Positions 33,754 to 44,427 of a stretch of DNA of 64,000 nt are shown one piece after another; position 1 is the first letter of the stretch, and each line of letters begins with the position of its first letter. The stretch lies in NCBI GenBank assembly GCA_963789265.1, contig CAWBKB010000001.1, positions 1,408,001 through 1,472,000 of the forward strand, given 5' to 3'. Made by a program: the position numbers and the translations under genes. Origin of the DNA: an uncultured delta proteobacterium (lineage in GTDB: Bacteria > Desulfobacterota > Desulfomonilia > Desulfomonilales > Desulfomonilaceae). The notes below the pieces were generated by a model. The model saw nothing but the letters and a program-made list of their open reading frames with translations, did not search any database and was not told the origin of the DNA.

Positions 33754-34896
33754 CTAGCTGGCCGCTATCGCACGAACTGCTGAAAGCGCGGCAGAGACAT
33801 CTTCAGCCGAGTTCAACGGTCCAAAGCTAAAGCGCACTGCTCCTCGTGGGCTGATCCCAAGATCCTCATGCACCAATGGAGCACAATGAAGGCCGCTCCG
33901 CGTGGCAATGTTGAAGTCGCCATCCAGGATGGCCGCGAAATCTTCCGGGTCGACATTTTTCACATTGCACGTAAGTAGCCCAATATGACGGTCCAGCCTC
34001 TCCGCGCAATACATCTTCACGTTCTTCATAGCGGAGAGACCGTCTCGGAGGGTTTGCACGAGCGCCATCTCGTGGTTGTAGATGCTAGCCATACCGCGCT
34101 GAGCAAGGTATCGCAATCCTGCGGACAGCCCGATGATTCCCATGACATTAAGGGTACCGGCTTCGAGCCGATCGGGATAAGCCTCAGGGTGTGCAGTCTG
34201 CCAAGAATCGGAACCGGTTCCGCCGAATCTCGTGGCTCGGATGTCGATTTCGTCCCGGAGTACGAGGCCGCCGATCCCTGTGGGCCCCATCAAGGACTTG
34301 TGACCTGTGAACGCAACTACGCTGACATGCATATCTCGCATGTTAATGGGCACGACGCCGGCACTTTGGGACACATCGAGAATGAACGGAATTTCCATCT
34401 CGGTACACATTCGGCCGACTTCCTGGACAGGCTGGATCGTTCCAAGGACGTTGGACACGTGGTTGAGAATTACGAACTTGGTTGAGGGTTTGATGAGCTT
34501 AGCCACGTCCTGTGGGTCTATAAAGCCGTGCCTGTCAAAAGGAATCAGGTCAAAGGTAACCAATCCCATTTCGCGCAAGTGATAGAGAGGCCTGAGGACT
34601 GAATTATGCTCCAGTCTCGAACTCACTACGTGGCATCCCGGTTCGATCAGCCCGAGGATAATAGTGTTGAGAGCATCGGTGGCGTTGCACGCGAAAACCA
34701 CGCGGTCGGCGCTGTCACCTCCGAAAAAGTCGGCGATTTGGTGTCGAACGTCCTGCACGTAGCGCTCGCACTGAACAGCCAAGTCGTAGCTGCCGCGGCC
34801 CGGAGAAACGCCCAACCGAGCATAGGTCTCAAACATTTCCTGAAGGACCAGGGAAGGCTTCGGGAAAGTTGTAGCTGCATTGTCCAGGTAAGTCAT
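33754..34896 (-). CDS. Cysteine desulfurase family protein (aminotransferase class V)
   Basis: YLDNAATT, EHNSV, TGHKSLMGP, EAGT, RSGLHCAP. Confidence 0.92.
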   Translation of the reverse strand: MTYLDNAATTFPKPSLVLQEMFETYARLGVSPGRGSYDLAVQCERYVQDVRHQIADFFGGDSADRVVFACNATDALNTIILGLIEPGCHVVSSRLEHNSVLRPLYHLREMGLVTFDLIPFDRHGFIDPQDVAKLIKPSTKFVILNHVSNVLGTIQPVQEVGRMCTEMEIPFILDVSQSAGVVPINMRDMHVSVVAFTGHKSLMGPTGIGGLVLRDEIDIRATRFGGTGSDSWQTAHPEAYPDRLEAGTLNVMGIIGLSAGLRYLAQRGMASIYNHEMALVQTLRDGLSAMKNVKMYCAERLDRHIGLLTCNVKNVDPEDFAAILDGDFNIATRSGLHCAPLVHEDLGISPRGAVRFSFGPLNSAEDVSAALSAVRAIAAS

Positions 34897-34922
34897 TGAC
34901 GAGCCAAGAAATTATTCGATCA

Positions 34923-35270
34923 TCAGCAACTTTTGGGGTTAGGCAATCCGGCCAGACGCCGTGCGCCATGCCGGATGCCTCCGGGAAATAGGCGCTCAAG
35001 TTCGAGTAAGCTCAAGCCGGTCTGTTTCCTGATGTCTCGATTTAGTGGGGCCCGGCCGTTGGCAAAATAAAAGCTGCGCAGGAAATGAATCATTTCCCAT
35101 TGGCTGTCAGTAAGTGATTGAAGTCCGGTTTCCGTGGCAAGAGCCTCAGCAATTGGCTCTGTCCAGCTTTCCGGATTGATGAGAAATCCTTCTTCATCGA
35201 AAAGGACTTCCTTGCCATCGATCACCCTGATCGCTTGATTGTGGGCCTGCTTGGAGGCTTTGCTCTCCAT
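34923..35270 (-). CDS. TusE/DsrC family sulfur relay protein (TusE-like, single C-terminal Cys)
   Basis: DEEGFL, LFPGG, AGLPNPKSC; the second DsrC cysteine is absent. Confidence 0.85.
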   Translation of the reverse strand: MESKASKQAHNQAIRVIDGKEVLFDEEGFLINPESWTEPIAEALATETGLQSLTDSQWEMIHFLRSFYFANGRAPLNRDIRKQTGLSLLELERLFPGGIRHGARRLAGLPNPKSC

Positions 35271-35275
35271 CGACG

Positions 35276-37949
35276 TCAGCTCGGCGCCTTTCCGTTGGTA
35301 ATGGACTGAAGCACTCTTTCCGGCGTGGCAGGAAGGTCGCAAATGCGTTCTCCGCCCGTGGCATCCTGTATCGCTGTAATGATCGCTGCTGCAGTGGGCA
35401 ACAATACAAATTCCCCCACTCCAACAGCGCCTAGCGTGCCCTTCTTGCGAGGCGTTTGGAGCAACAAGACCTCACTGTCAAAAGAGGTTTTCATCGTGGG
35501 GAATTTACTGGTAATCCAGTCTTTGGTCCTGCCGTGAACATACTCCTCACGAAGGGCCATTCCAGCGCCCATGTCCAGGCCGCCTTCTACCTGGCCTTCC
35601 ACCACACGAGGATTAATAACTGTTCCTGCATCCACAACCGCGGTCATCTTCAGTATGCGCACCTTTCCGCCCTGGGTATCCACCTCGACTTCAGCCATTT
35701 GCGCTCCGTGCACTCGAGACTCGAAAGGAGACCCCTGACCTGTTTTGGGGTCCATCAGGGTGGCGTCCTGCACTCTTGTTCCAAGATAACGAGTTGGTTT
35801 GCCGGCTGCCACCATTTCATCGTAACTTTTTGCACCGATTTCGGCCATGGCCTCCTTCAGGGCTTCTATCGCTTTCACCATCGCACCCCCGGCCATGTAA
35901 GTGATCCGACTGCCCGAAGCGGAACTTGCGTCTGGAGTGGTGTCTGTGTCTCGAGTGACCAGCCGAATCTTATGGGTCGGTAAGTCCATAAGGTGAGCGG
36001 CAATTTGAGTCAGCATGGCGTCGTTGCCCTCGCCTGGATCGGATACGGAGCCGTAAACTGTCAGACCTCCGTCCGGCATCAGCTCTACTGCCACATTGGA
36101 CCTGTCGGCTCCGCCTCTGCCAATGCCAAAGCTGCCACCGGCTATGCCCACGCCATGCCTGTATCTGCCCTGTTTAAACTCGGCGGCTTTTCGACAGGCT
36201 TCCACGTAGCGCGGTCTCAAGGCTTCAAGGCATCCTTGATACGGCCATTCTTCTATTACCTGCCCTGTTGAGATGGATTCCCCAGGTTTGAGCGAATTGA
36301 TCAGGCGAAACTCCAATGCATCCATTCCCAGCCTGCGTGACATAAGCTCCATTGCCGATTCCAGGGCGAAATTCACCTGAGGGGGTCCGGCCCCGCGAGC
36401 GGCTCCGCCCCAGGCCCCGTTCGTGTAGACTAGACTAGCCAAGGCTTTTACATTGGGGATGTTGTAAGAGCCACTTAGCATGTACAAGGACCTGAGCACG
36501 ATGGTTTTGCCGATGGACATGTGTGCCCCGTTGTCGACAGTGAAGTCGATAGCGTAAGCGGTGAGTTTCCCTTCCCGATTAGCCCCCAGTTTCACTTTCA
36601 TCTTGAATGGATGACGTTTGGTAGTAATCCACATAGATTCGGTAAGGCTACAGACGTAGCGCACAGGCCTCTCGAAATGCAACGCGGCTGCTGCAGCCAA
36701 GCCTTCTGCCGTGATGTCGATCTTGATACCAAACTGGCCGCCGATAAAGGCCTGTTCGTACCGCATGTTCTCCCATCCAAGCGCCTCTTGGAGAACCATT
36801 AGATGATGATGGATGTTTATGCTTCTGCCCACCACCACAAGTTTCGGTTCGTCTTCCTCTTCGCTGGTTTCAAGATAAGCGAGGGCGGCTTCGGGTTCCA
36901 TGGGGGACTGATGAATCAGTTGCGTGTTGAACTCCGCTTCCACCACCTCATCCGACTCGGCGAGGGCCGTGTCAGCATCGCCTTTTATCTGTGGATGAAC
37001 AAAACAGAGGTTAGGTATCTGCTCATGGAGTTGAATGCAACCTTCGGCAAGCGCTTGGTCAGTTGTTTCAACGATAGGTAAAGGTTCGTAACCCACGACC
37101 ACTGCTTCAGCCGCGGCCCGAGCTTGCTCTCGGGTTTCAGCAATTACCAGTGCTACGGCATCTCCCATCACATGGACTTTCTTGTCGCAAAGTAGGGGTT
37201 GATCGGTTTGCAGGCGATTGGAACCCTTGATGTGCTCCGCGGTCATCACGCCCACGACCCCTGCCATCTTCTCGGCTACGGAGCTATCTATTGATTTGAT
37301 GAATCCGTGGGAGCAGGGACTTCTCACCGCAGCCAATTCCAGGACCCCTTCCATCCGTATGTCTGCTGTAAACTTCGCCTCTCCACAGGCTAGCGCAAAA
37401 GCGTTTGGTCGGGGAAGAGGAACCCCAATAAGGCCGGCGCTGGAATCCGGCCGAACCGCTTCGGGCGTCTTCTGACCGCTCAAAAAGGCTGCAGCCAGAT
37501 GCACAGCCTCGATTATCTTCTTGTAACCCGTGCAGCGACAAAGGTTGCGATGCAGGGTTTCCATTATTAGCTTCGTGTCAGGGTGAGGGTTGCGGTCCAG
37601 CAACGCCTTGGTCGCCATGATCATGCCAGGCGTGCAAAAACCGCACTGCACAGCGCCAGCCAACACGAATGCCTCTTGGATGAGGTGCGGATTCTCGGGA
37701 GTACCCGAGACCTTCAATCGAGATGACTTCGGCTCCTTCCAAATCTGCAATCTTGGTGAGACACGAACGAACCGCCTTGCCGTTTACAAGAACTGTACAC
37801 GCACCGCATTGGCCTTTGCGGTCGCAGGATTGCTTGGTGCCGGTCAGGGACAAGTCTTGACGGAGTAGATCCAAGAGAACACGCCCGTCATCTGCGTCCA
37901 CTTTGCGCAAAATTCCGTTGACAGTTAGCCTGATGGTGCTCATAGACAT
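35276..37949 (-). CDS. Molybdopterin aldehyde oxidoreductase (MOP-type, 2x[2Fe-2S] + Mo domain), frameshift at ~37705
   Basis: TGTKQSC...CGACTV, VQCGFCTPG, NLCRCTGY, GGQFG, ARGAGPPQ, GVGE. Confidence 0.9.
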
Positions 37950-37983
37950 TTCCTCGATCCCACGTTCGTAACTAAATTTTGTA

Positions 37984-39105
37984 TCACAACAGAGGGATTT
38001 CCATTCCTCTGACAATTTTTCGGAAGTCATCGAATTCGACGCATTTCACAGCCTGTTTGGCGATTCTGCGCAAACACTTGTTGCATGAGGTACACTTCGC
38101 GGTCCGGCGGTCAGGACCCTGTAAGAGGCGCTCGGGGAAGTCGGGCTCGCAAATCACAGGTCTGCACACACCTATCAGATCAATTCCGCTTTTCAAGAGG
38201 TGTTCCATGACGCTCAGGGTACGAATCCCGCCGGTGAGCGCCAGAGGCGTATCGCCCGCTGCCGTCCTGAACGCGGTGATAGCGCCTTCAAAATAGGCTT
38301 CGCGGTCTCCAGCTTCCTTTTTGAGGCGAGCCCGAAGTGAGATCTGTTCCTTAATACCTCCGCTCATCTCAATAAGATCCACTCCGGCGTCCCTTAGTTT
38401 CTTCGCTACAAGCGCGTATTCCTCAGTGTCAGCGCCATCTTCGATGTAGTCTGCGGTGTTCAGCTTCCACAAGATGGGGAAATCTTCTCCGACTCTGCTG
38501 CGGATAGAATGGTACACTTCGATCGCAAATCGGGCCCGGTTTTCCGGGCTGCCTCCCCATCTGTCGTGCCGCTTGTTGATTGCGGGAGAAAGGAACTGGC
38601 TCACAAGATAGCCGTGGGCCCCATGCACCTGGACCGCATCAAAGCCGGCCTCTTTGACCCTGCGAGCAGCTTCGCCGTACATCAGGATCAGATCTTGGAT
38701 TCTGTCGTCTGTAAGACTTTCAAGCGACTCGGCTCCGGAAGCCGCGCCGTAAGAATAGCCGGGGCCGGCTGATCCTTGATGCGAGATCTGGACTGCGCAT
38801 TTGCAGCCTTCGCGGTGCGTGTGCATGATTCCGGATAATGCGCTCAAGCCCTCTACGAAAGAGTCATCCCAGATCCCCAATTGGTGTTCCCAGGACCTGC
38901 CTCGATCTTCTATCGAGGCACACCCGGTTATGATCAAGCCCGCGCCTCCCCACGCGATGTTGTAATAGAGCTTCAGGAGGTCATCGGTGACGCGGCCATC
39001 GGTATCTGCCATATATTCCATGGTGGCGGACCTGAGAAGCCTGTTTGTCACTAACAACGAACCGACCTGACAGGGTGTCCCAATGCCTATCATGTTGTCT
39101 CCCAA
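37984..39105 (-). CDS. NADH:flavin oxidoreductase (old yellow enzyme family)
   Basis: NRLLRSAT, GFDAVQVHGAHGYLVSQFLSP, RHDRWGGSPENRAR, CTSCNKC. Confidence 0.92.
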   Translation of the reverse strand: MGDNMIGIGTPCQVGSLLVTNRLLRSATMEYMADTDGRVTDDLLKLYYNIAWGGAGLIITGCASIEDRGRSWEHQLGIWDDSFVEGLSALSGIMHTHREGCKCAVQISHQGSAGPGYSYGAASGAESLESLTDDRIQDLILMYGEAARRVKEAGFDAVQVHGAHGYLVSQFLSPAINKRHDRWGGSPENRARFAIEVYHSIRSRVGEDFPILWKLNTADYIEDGADTEEYALVAKKLRDAGVDLIEMSGGIKEQISLRARLKKEAGDREAYFEGAITAFRTAAGDTPLALTGGIRTLSVMEHLLKSGIDLIGVCRPVICEPDFPERLLQGPDRRTAKCTSCNKCLRRIAKQAVKCVEFDDFRKIVRGMEIPLL

Positions 39106-39152
39106 GAGTCATCGGCAGAGATACCCGCGCACTGCCGGCGGTTCCACCTCTG

Positions 39153-40493
39153 TCAGCCGAGAGATTCCGCTATGAAGGCCGTGGTGAACTCACCTTTAGC
39201 GAACTTCGGGTGGTCGAGAATCTTGACGTTGGCCGCAATAGTGGTCTTGATCCCCTCTATCTGGAATTGGTTCAACGCTTTGGTCAAGCGCTTTCTAGAT
39301 TCATCTCTGTCTGTCCCCCATGCGATGACCTTTGCCAACAACGGGTCATAGTAAGGCGGCACCGAGCCGTTTTCTTCCAGTGCGTGGTCAATTCTCACAT
39401 GATCTCCCCCGTCGGGCAAAATCAAGCGGGTGATGCGGCCTGGCGATGGAAGAAACGTCTCGGGATCTTCAGCGTAGACCCGAGCCTCTATGGCATGGCC
39501 GCGCAATCGGACGTCCTCTTGCCTAAATGCAAGTTTCTGTCCCGACGCGATTTCCAATTGAGACTTCACGATATCAATGTCGGTCAACATCTCTGATACA
39601 CCATGCTCCACCTGTAGCCTGGCATTGACTTCCATGAAGTAGTAATGCCCGTCCTCGTCTCGTAGCCCTTCTAATGTGCCCGCGCCGTGGTAGTTCATCC
39701 TACTCACCAATCGCCTTGAGTAGTCGAAAAGCATTTCCCGGTCTTGAGCAGTCACAACGTTAGAGGGCGCTTCCTCGATGATTTTCTGGTGTCGGCGTTG
39801 GATGGAACACTCGCGTTCGCCGAGCAGGACGCAGTTGCCGTAATTGTCGGCAACGAATTGTATTTCGATATGCCTGGGCCTGGAAACCACCTCTTCTATG
39901 TAACAGGCCGACGATCCGAAGGCCATGTTTCCTATGCTGCAGGCCCGTTGGAATATTGTCTCTACTTGATCTTCCGAATCGACTCTCTCAATCCCTTTGC
40001 CGCCACCGCCTTTGTCCAGTTTGAGGAACAGCGGATAGCCATGCTCACGGCCGAACGCGATGACCTCTTGCGGATCGTGCACAGGGTCAAGGGTACCGGG
40101 GATAAACGGAACACCGACGCTGTCAGCAAGATGCCTGCAATAACACTTGGAGCTTATAGACTTCATGACCGCCGGGCCGGGCCCTACCCAGACGAGTCCA
40201 GCGTCCACCACTGCTTGGGCGAATATGGCTCGTTCCGAAAGAAAGCCATATCCAGGATGCACGGCATCGGCGCCTGTCGTTCGCGCCGCCCCAATGATGG
40301 CATCGATGTTGAGGTAGCTGTGCAAAGGATTAGAGGGACCAATCGGAACAGACTCATCCGCAGTCCGCACGTAGGCCGCGCCTCGGTCAGCCTCGGAATA
40401 AACCGCAACGGTGGCTATGCCCATCTCTCTACAAGTCCGAGTAATTCTGGCGACTATTTCCCCCCGATTGGCGATGAGCAGCTTCTTCATCAT
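39153..40493 (-). CDS. Biotin carboxylase subunit
   Basis: LIANRGEI, HPGYGFLSE, GGGGKG, RECSIQRRHQK, EVNARLQVEH, YYDPLLAK. Confidence 0.95.
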   Translation of the reverse strand: MMKKLLIANRGEIVARITRTCREMGIATVAVYSEADRGAAYVRTADESVPIGPSNPLHSYLNIDAIIGAARTTGADAVHPGYGFLSERAIFAQAVVDAGLVWVGPGPAVMKSISSKCYCRHLADSVGVPFIPGTLDPVHDPQEVIAFGREHGYPLFLKLDKGGGGKGIERVDSEDQVETIFQRACSIGNMAFGSSACYIEEVVSRPRHIEIQFVADNYGNCVLLGERECSIQRRHQKIIEEAPSNVVTAQDREMLFDYSRRLVSRMNYHGAGTLEGLRDEDGHYYFMEVNARLQVEHGVSEMLTDIDIVKSQLEIASGQKLAFRQEDVRLRGHAIEARVYAEDPETFLPSPGRITRLILPDGGDHVRIDHALEENGSVPPYYDPLLAKVIAWGTDRDESRKRLTKALNQFQIEGIKTTIAANVKILDHPKFAKGEFTTAFIAESLG

Positions 40494-40496
40494 CGG

Positions 40497-40727
40497 CTAG
40501 TCTCCGTCAACCACTTCGAGGATGACCATCGGCGTTCCTACATCCAGTTCGTCCCATTCTTTGGACAGCACCTTCGCGACAGTGCCATCCCATTCAGACG
40601 TAACCGATATTTCCGTTTTCATGCAATTGATAACCGCAACCTCTTGGCCTTTAGTGACCTTATCTCCTTCACTGACGACAACTCGGGCACAGAGCCCTGG
40701 AACAGCAGCATCCACGCTTCTTTCCAT
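40497..40727 (-). CDS. Biotin carboxyl carrier protein
   Basis: 76-aa biotinyl domain with CMKTE (variant of AMK). Confidence 0.85.
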   Translation of the reverse strand: MERSVDAAVPGLCARVVVSEGDKVTKGQEVAVINCMKTEISVTSEWDGTVAKVLSKEWDELDVGTPMVILEVVDGD

Positions 40728-40854
40728 AACGGAGTTCCTTTCTGGATGTCAGGACGGTGCACTTCCTCGAGAAAACGTCTCCCGTCTCCTGGATTAAAGC
40801 CCATTGCTTCGTAAAAACCGTTACAACTCGAAAGTGGTGACCTTTTAGTCGCCG

Positions 40855-41865
40855 TCAGGCCATAGCTTCTTCCACGAAAAGCTTATTCTGGTCGACACGC
40901 GCCTGAGTAGCCTCTTCCTGCGTACACACAGCAAACTTGATGAAGTCTCTAGCTGGTGCCCCTTGACCAATCTGCCACAGGTCAGCATTGATCACACTTA
41001 GCGCGCACATATATCCGCCCAGAGTAGGGCCGTCGGCAATCAGCAGTACCGGTGTATTGCCACAAATGTTCAAGGCTCCACGCATGGCGTAGCCGTGATC
41101 GATTATGTTGGATGGGTGGCTTCCGCCCACTCCGCCGTCAGGACGTGAGAAAAAGCTGTCTGGTAGGGCCTCAAGTCTATAAGCGGAGCGGTTGGACGTG
41201 TGCTGAATTTTGAATGAGTGACTGAACAGGTATTCCATGCCCTCATCGGTGGCATAATCGGGACAAGTGTTCGGTCCGGGTACGGCTCGCAAGGTCCATT
41301 CCTTGGAATATTTCGGGATCACTTCTTTCTTGAGTTTTCTGCCTAACAATTCTTTCAGGCCGCGTAATGGCTTCCCGAACTTCACGACATCTCCAGGCTG
41401 CAACTTCCGACCTTCAAATCCGCCGTAACTTCCGAATATGCAGGTGGACTTACTCCCAAGATAGGGTGGAACGTCGATGCCTCCAGCAATCCCGATGTAC
41501 CACCGAAAACCATACTTCCCGATATGTGAAAACTTGATTACATCCCCTTTGTGAACCTCGACCGTTTCCCACATGGATATGGCCTGATCGTTTATGGATG
41601 GGGGATTAGGCGTTCCGGCTACGGCAATTACCGTGTCGGCGCCGAATTCAGCCTGGAAAAAGCCGGCCGTAACTTCAAGACCAGCCTCGCCCACGGGATT
41701 GCCGACCAGGAGATTGGCATATCCCAGGGCCACGTTATCAAAAGCGCCGGAAGGAGCCATTCCCTTTCCCAGAAATCCGAGCCTTCCAGGCCAATCCTCC
41801 ACGAGCGTTTCAAGTCCACCGTGTAACACTTTAAGCATGTTCTTTGTCTCCTTTCGTGAGGTCAC
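40855..41865 (-). CDS. Carboxyltransferase A/B subunit (urea carboxylase/PxpC-like)
   Basis: VEDWPGR...PSGAFD, ANLLVGN, YLGSKST, HPSNIID, DGPTLGGY. Confidence 0.9.
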   Translation of the reverse strand: MTSRKETKNMLKVLHGGLETLVEDWPGRLGFLGKGMAPSGAFDNVALGYANLLVGNPVGEAGLEVTAGFFQAEFGADTVIAVAGTPNPPSINDQAISMWETVEVHKGDVIKFSHIGKYGFRWYIGIAGGIDVPPYLGSKSTCIFGSYGGFEGRKLQPGDVVKFGKPLRGLKELLGRKLKKEVIPKYSKEWTLRAVPGPNTCPDYATDEGMEYLFSHSFKIQHTSNRSAYRLEALPDSFFSRPDGGVGGSHPSNIIDHGYAMRGALNICGNTPVLLIADGPTLGGYMCALSVINADLWQIGQGAPARDFIKFAVCTQEEATQARVDQNKLFVEEAMA

Positions 41866-42848
41866 AGGCGGGGCGCCATTTTCAGGCCCTGTTCGCGCTT
41901 GGCGCTTAGTTCCTTGATTCCTTGCTGCACCTCAGCGGAGTTGTACCACGCCATGTAATCCTTCACGACGATTTTGCCCTGTTCGATCTTGTATTCATAA
42001 TCTGTCTTGTTGTGGACGTGTTCGAAGATGTTCAGGATTTCTTCTTCGGTAACCTCGTGAAAACGCACCCGGTCTGCTGGCCTATAAAGAAACGGCCCGT
42101 CTTTAAAAATCGGGTGCTTCTGGCTGAATTGGAATGTTGGGATGGTGCGGCCGAAAAGTTGGTAGCCTCCACCGGTGGGAGTGGTATAAGTGAAGACACA
42201 TGGCCCTCCTATGCCCGCGGCGCCTTCGGGAGTCCAGGTCCGGGGAGGATTGTACTTCGGCACCACCAATGCGCAGCGTGGATCCACCGGCCACAGGAAG
42301 GCCCCACCCGGCCAAAAGCCTCCGCCGCTATTGAACCATTCAGTGCCCAGGAACATGTTTTTCGCCTCCTCGACGGAGACCCCGTTACACATAGCTATGT
42401 ACTCCAGATTGTGTCCGTTTATGACATTGGGAGCGTCAGGCCGGACTTCCCGTAAATATTTGTCCACTGCTTTTCTCGTTTCAGAATCTTCAAAAGCAAG
42501 AGGCAAGTGAATGATTCTCGACTCCAGCACAACATCGTCGATAGTGGGCATGGAGTTTTCCGCTTCTTTAATCCGGTCAATGAGGTCAAATACCTTAAGT
42601 ACGGTGGGATCGAAGTGGAACAGGTTCGTTCTCAACCCCGGAACCGTTTCTACCAAGCCTCTGATCTTCTTGGAGTGGATGATGTCATTTACGGCCAGCA
42701 TACGGAACGAGTCCTGCAACGCCGCACGTTGCTCGTGACCATATTCCACCTGGATAAAGCCGTCGCCGGCTTGCCTGAACAGAACCTCAAGCCTGGATTC
42801 CGTCTCTGGCATGGTGTCCAGTATCACCGCAAATCGTTCTCGACTCAT
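41862..42848 (-). CDS. Carboxyltransferase C/D subunit (urea carboxylase-like)
   Basis: FRQAGDGFIQVEYG, DPR..LVVPKYNPPRTWTPEGAAGIGG, GGYQLFGRT. Confidence 0.88.
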   Translation of the reverse strand: MSRERFAVILDTMPETESRLEVLFRQAGDGFIQVEYGHEQRAALQDSFRMLAVNDIIHSKKIRGLVETVPGLRTNLFHFDPTVLKVFDLIDRIKEAENSMPTIDDVVLESRIIHLPLAFEDSETRKAVDKYLREVRPDAPNVINGHNLEYIAMCNGVSVEEAKNMFLGTEWFNSGGGFWPGGAFLWPVDPRCALVVPKYNPPRTWTPEGAAGIGGPCVFTYTTPTGGGYQLFGRTIPTFQFSQKHPIFKDGPFLYRPADRVRFHEVTEEEILNIFEHVHNKTDYEYKIEQGKIVVKDYMAWYNSAEVQQGIKELSAKREQGLKMAPRL

Positions 42849-42932
42849 GTCTCCGTTCTCCCTTGGTTTTTGATGACTTGATGGACTGAATTAGGAGCAA
42901 CCCAACCAGCCGGTCTCCTGGAACCATGTCGA

Positions 42933-44243
42933 TCAGGTGCCGGTAATCTCGGTGAATGCCTTCTCCAATATGTCCAGACCTTCCTCCAACTGATCATCGG
43001 TGATGACCAGAGGCATCAAGGTACGGATAACATTATTGAATCTTCCGCACGTGAGAACTATGAGGCCATGTTCGTAAGCATAGTTGATGATTTTCTTTGT
43101 TTCCTCCGCAGCCGGCTCCTTGGTCTTCCGATCCCTCACCAGTTCCAGGCCAATCATGGCGCCAAGGCCGCGGACATCGCCTATGAGCGGGAATCGTTCG
43201 TACATTTCATCAAAGCGTTGTTTGATAATCTCACCTATTCTTGCGGCCCTGGTACTCAAATCCGCTTCAGTCACAAAATCAAGAACAGCCAAGGCGGCCT
43301 TACACGAAAGAGGATTGCCGGAATATGTTCCGCCAAGTCCCCCAACCTGCGGCTCTTCCATCATTTCAGCCCTGCCGGTAACTGCCGCAAGAGGCAGTCC
43401 TCCCCCTAGAGATTTGGCCATTACAATGACGTCCGGTGCTACTTCATAGTGCTCGATTGCGAAGAGCTTTCCGGTTCGGCATATACCGGTCTGTATTTCG
43501 TCCGCAACGAACACGATCCCGTGCTTCTCGCAGATCCGGCTAAGTATGGAAAAATACTCCGGCGGAGGGACGACGAATCCACCTTCACCGAGGACGGGTT
43601 CCACCACCATAGCAGCGGTTTCTTCGGCTGCTACGTGGATCGCAAAAAAAGTCTCCAAGTGCTGCGCACAATAAACGCCACAATCGGGATAGGTCAGCCC
43701 GAACGCACATCGGTAGCAATACGCGTAAGGCATCCGATAGATTTCCGGAGCGAATGGGCCGAAACCGAACTTGTAAGGTTTCACCTTACTGGTCATCGAC
43801 ATGGTCAACAGTGTGCGTCCGTGAAAAGCGTCTTCAAACGCGATGACAGCGGGTCTGCCGGTATGACGACGAGCCACTTTGACGGCATTTTCCACGCCTT
43901 CCGCGCCACTGTTGACGAGGAGGGTCTTCTTCTCAAAATCGCCGGGAGTTAGCTGGTTCAGCCGAGAGGCCAGCTCCAGATACGGTTCGTACATGACAAT
44001 GTGAAAACACGTATGTAGGAATCGGTCCGCTTGATCCTTAATCGCTGCAACGACTTTTTCATTGCAATGCCCCACGTTATTGACGCCGATTCCACCGGCA
44101 AAATCCAGATATCTATTGCCTTCGACGTCCCAGATTTCAGCCCCTTTCGCCCGGGAAACAAAATAGGGGGTGACATAAAAGGGGCCCCTCGGCACTTTCG
44201 AGAATCGCTCTTCCAGGAGGGCCGCATTCGTTTTCTCAGTCAA
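42933..44243 (-). CDS. gabT: 4-aminobutyrate/5-aminovalerate aminotransferase (class III)
   Basis: DFAGGIGV, NSGAEGVENAVK, EPVLGEGG, DEIQTG, AKSLGGG, GGTYSGNP; TTG start after gagaggag. Confidence 0.9.
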   Translation of the reverse strand: MTEKTNAALLEERFSKVPRGPFYVTPYFVSRAKGAEIWDVEGNRYLDFAGGIGVNNVGHCNEKVVAAIKDQADRFLHTCFHIVMYEPYLELASRLNQLTPGDFEKKTLLVNSGAEGVENAVKVARRHTGRPAVIAFEDAFHGRTLLTMSMTSKVKPYKFGFGPFAPEIYRMPYAYCYRCAFGLTYPDCGVYCAQHLETFFAIHVAAEETAAMVVEPVLGEGGFVVPPPEYFSILSRICEKHGIVFVADEIQTGICRTGKLFAIEHYEVAPDVIVMAKSLGGGLPLAAVTGRAEMMEEPQVGGLGGTYSGNPLSCKAALAVLDFVTEADLSTRAARIGEIIKQRFDEMYERFPLIGDVRGLGAMIGLELVRDRKTKEPAAEETKKIINYAYEHGLIVLTCGRFNNVIRTLMPLVITDDQLEEGLDILEKAFTEITGT

Positions 44244-44427
44244 ATCGAAACTCCTCTCGCAAGATTTGGTATCATAAAGTGTATTTGCAATGATGACTTC
44301 CTGCGGTACTGGACTATATCCGCTCAGCCGAACAATCCGGCTAGTCAAGTCAAGGGGTTGTGGATGAGGCCCGAATCGGCGCCAGTGGCAATGACGTTCG
44401 CCCTAACACCAGACTCCTCCCTACGCC

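Noticed and set aside
34923..35270. DsrC of dissimilatory sulfite reduction
   Set aside because: Lacks the second conserved cysteine, and no dsr genes are nearby.
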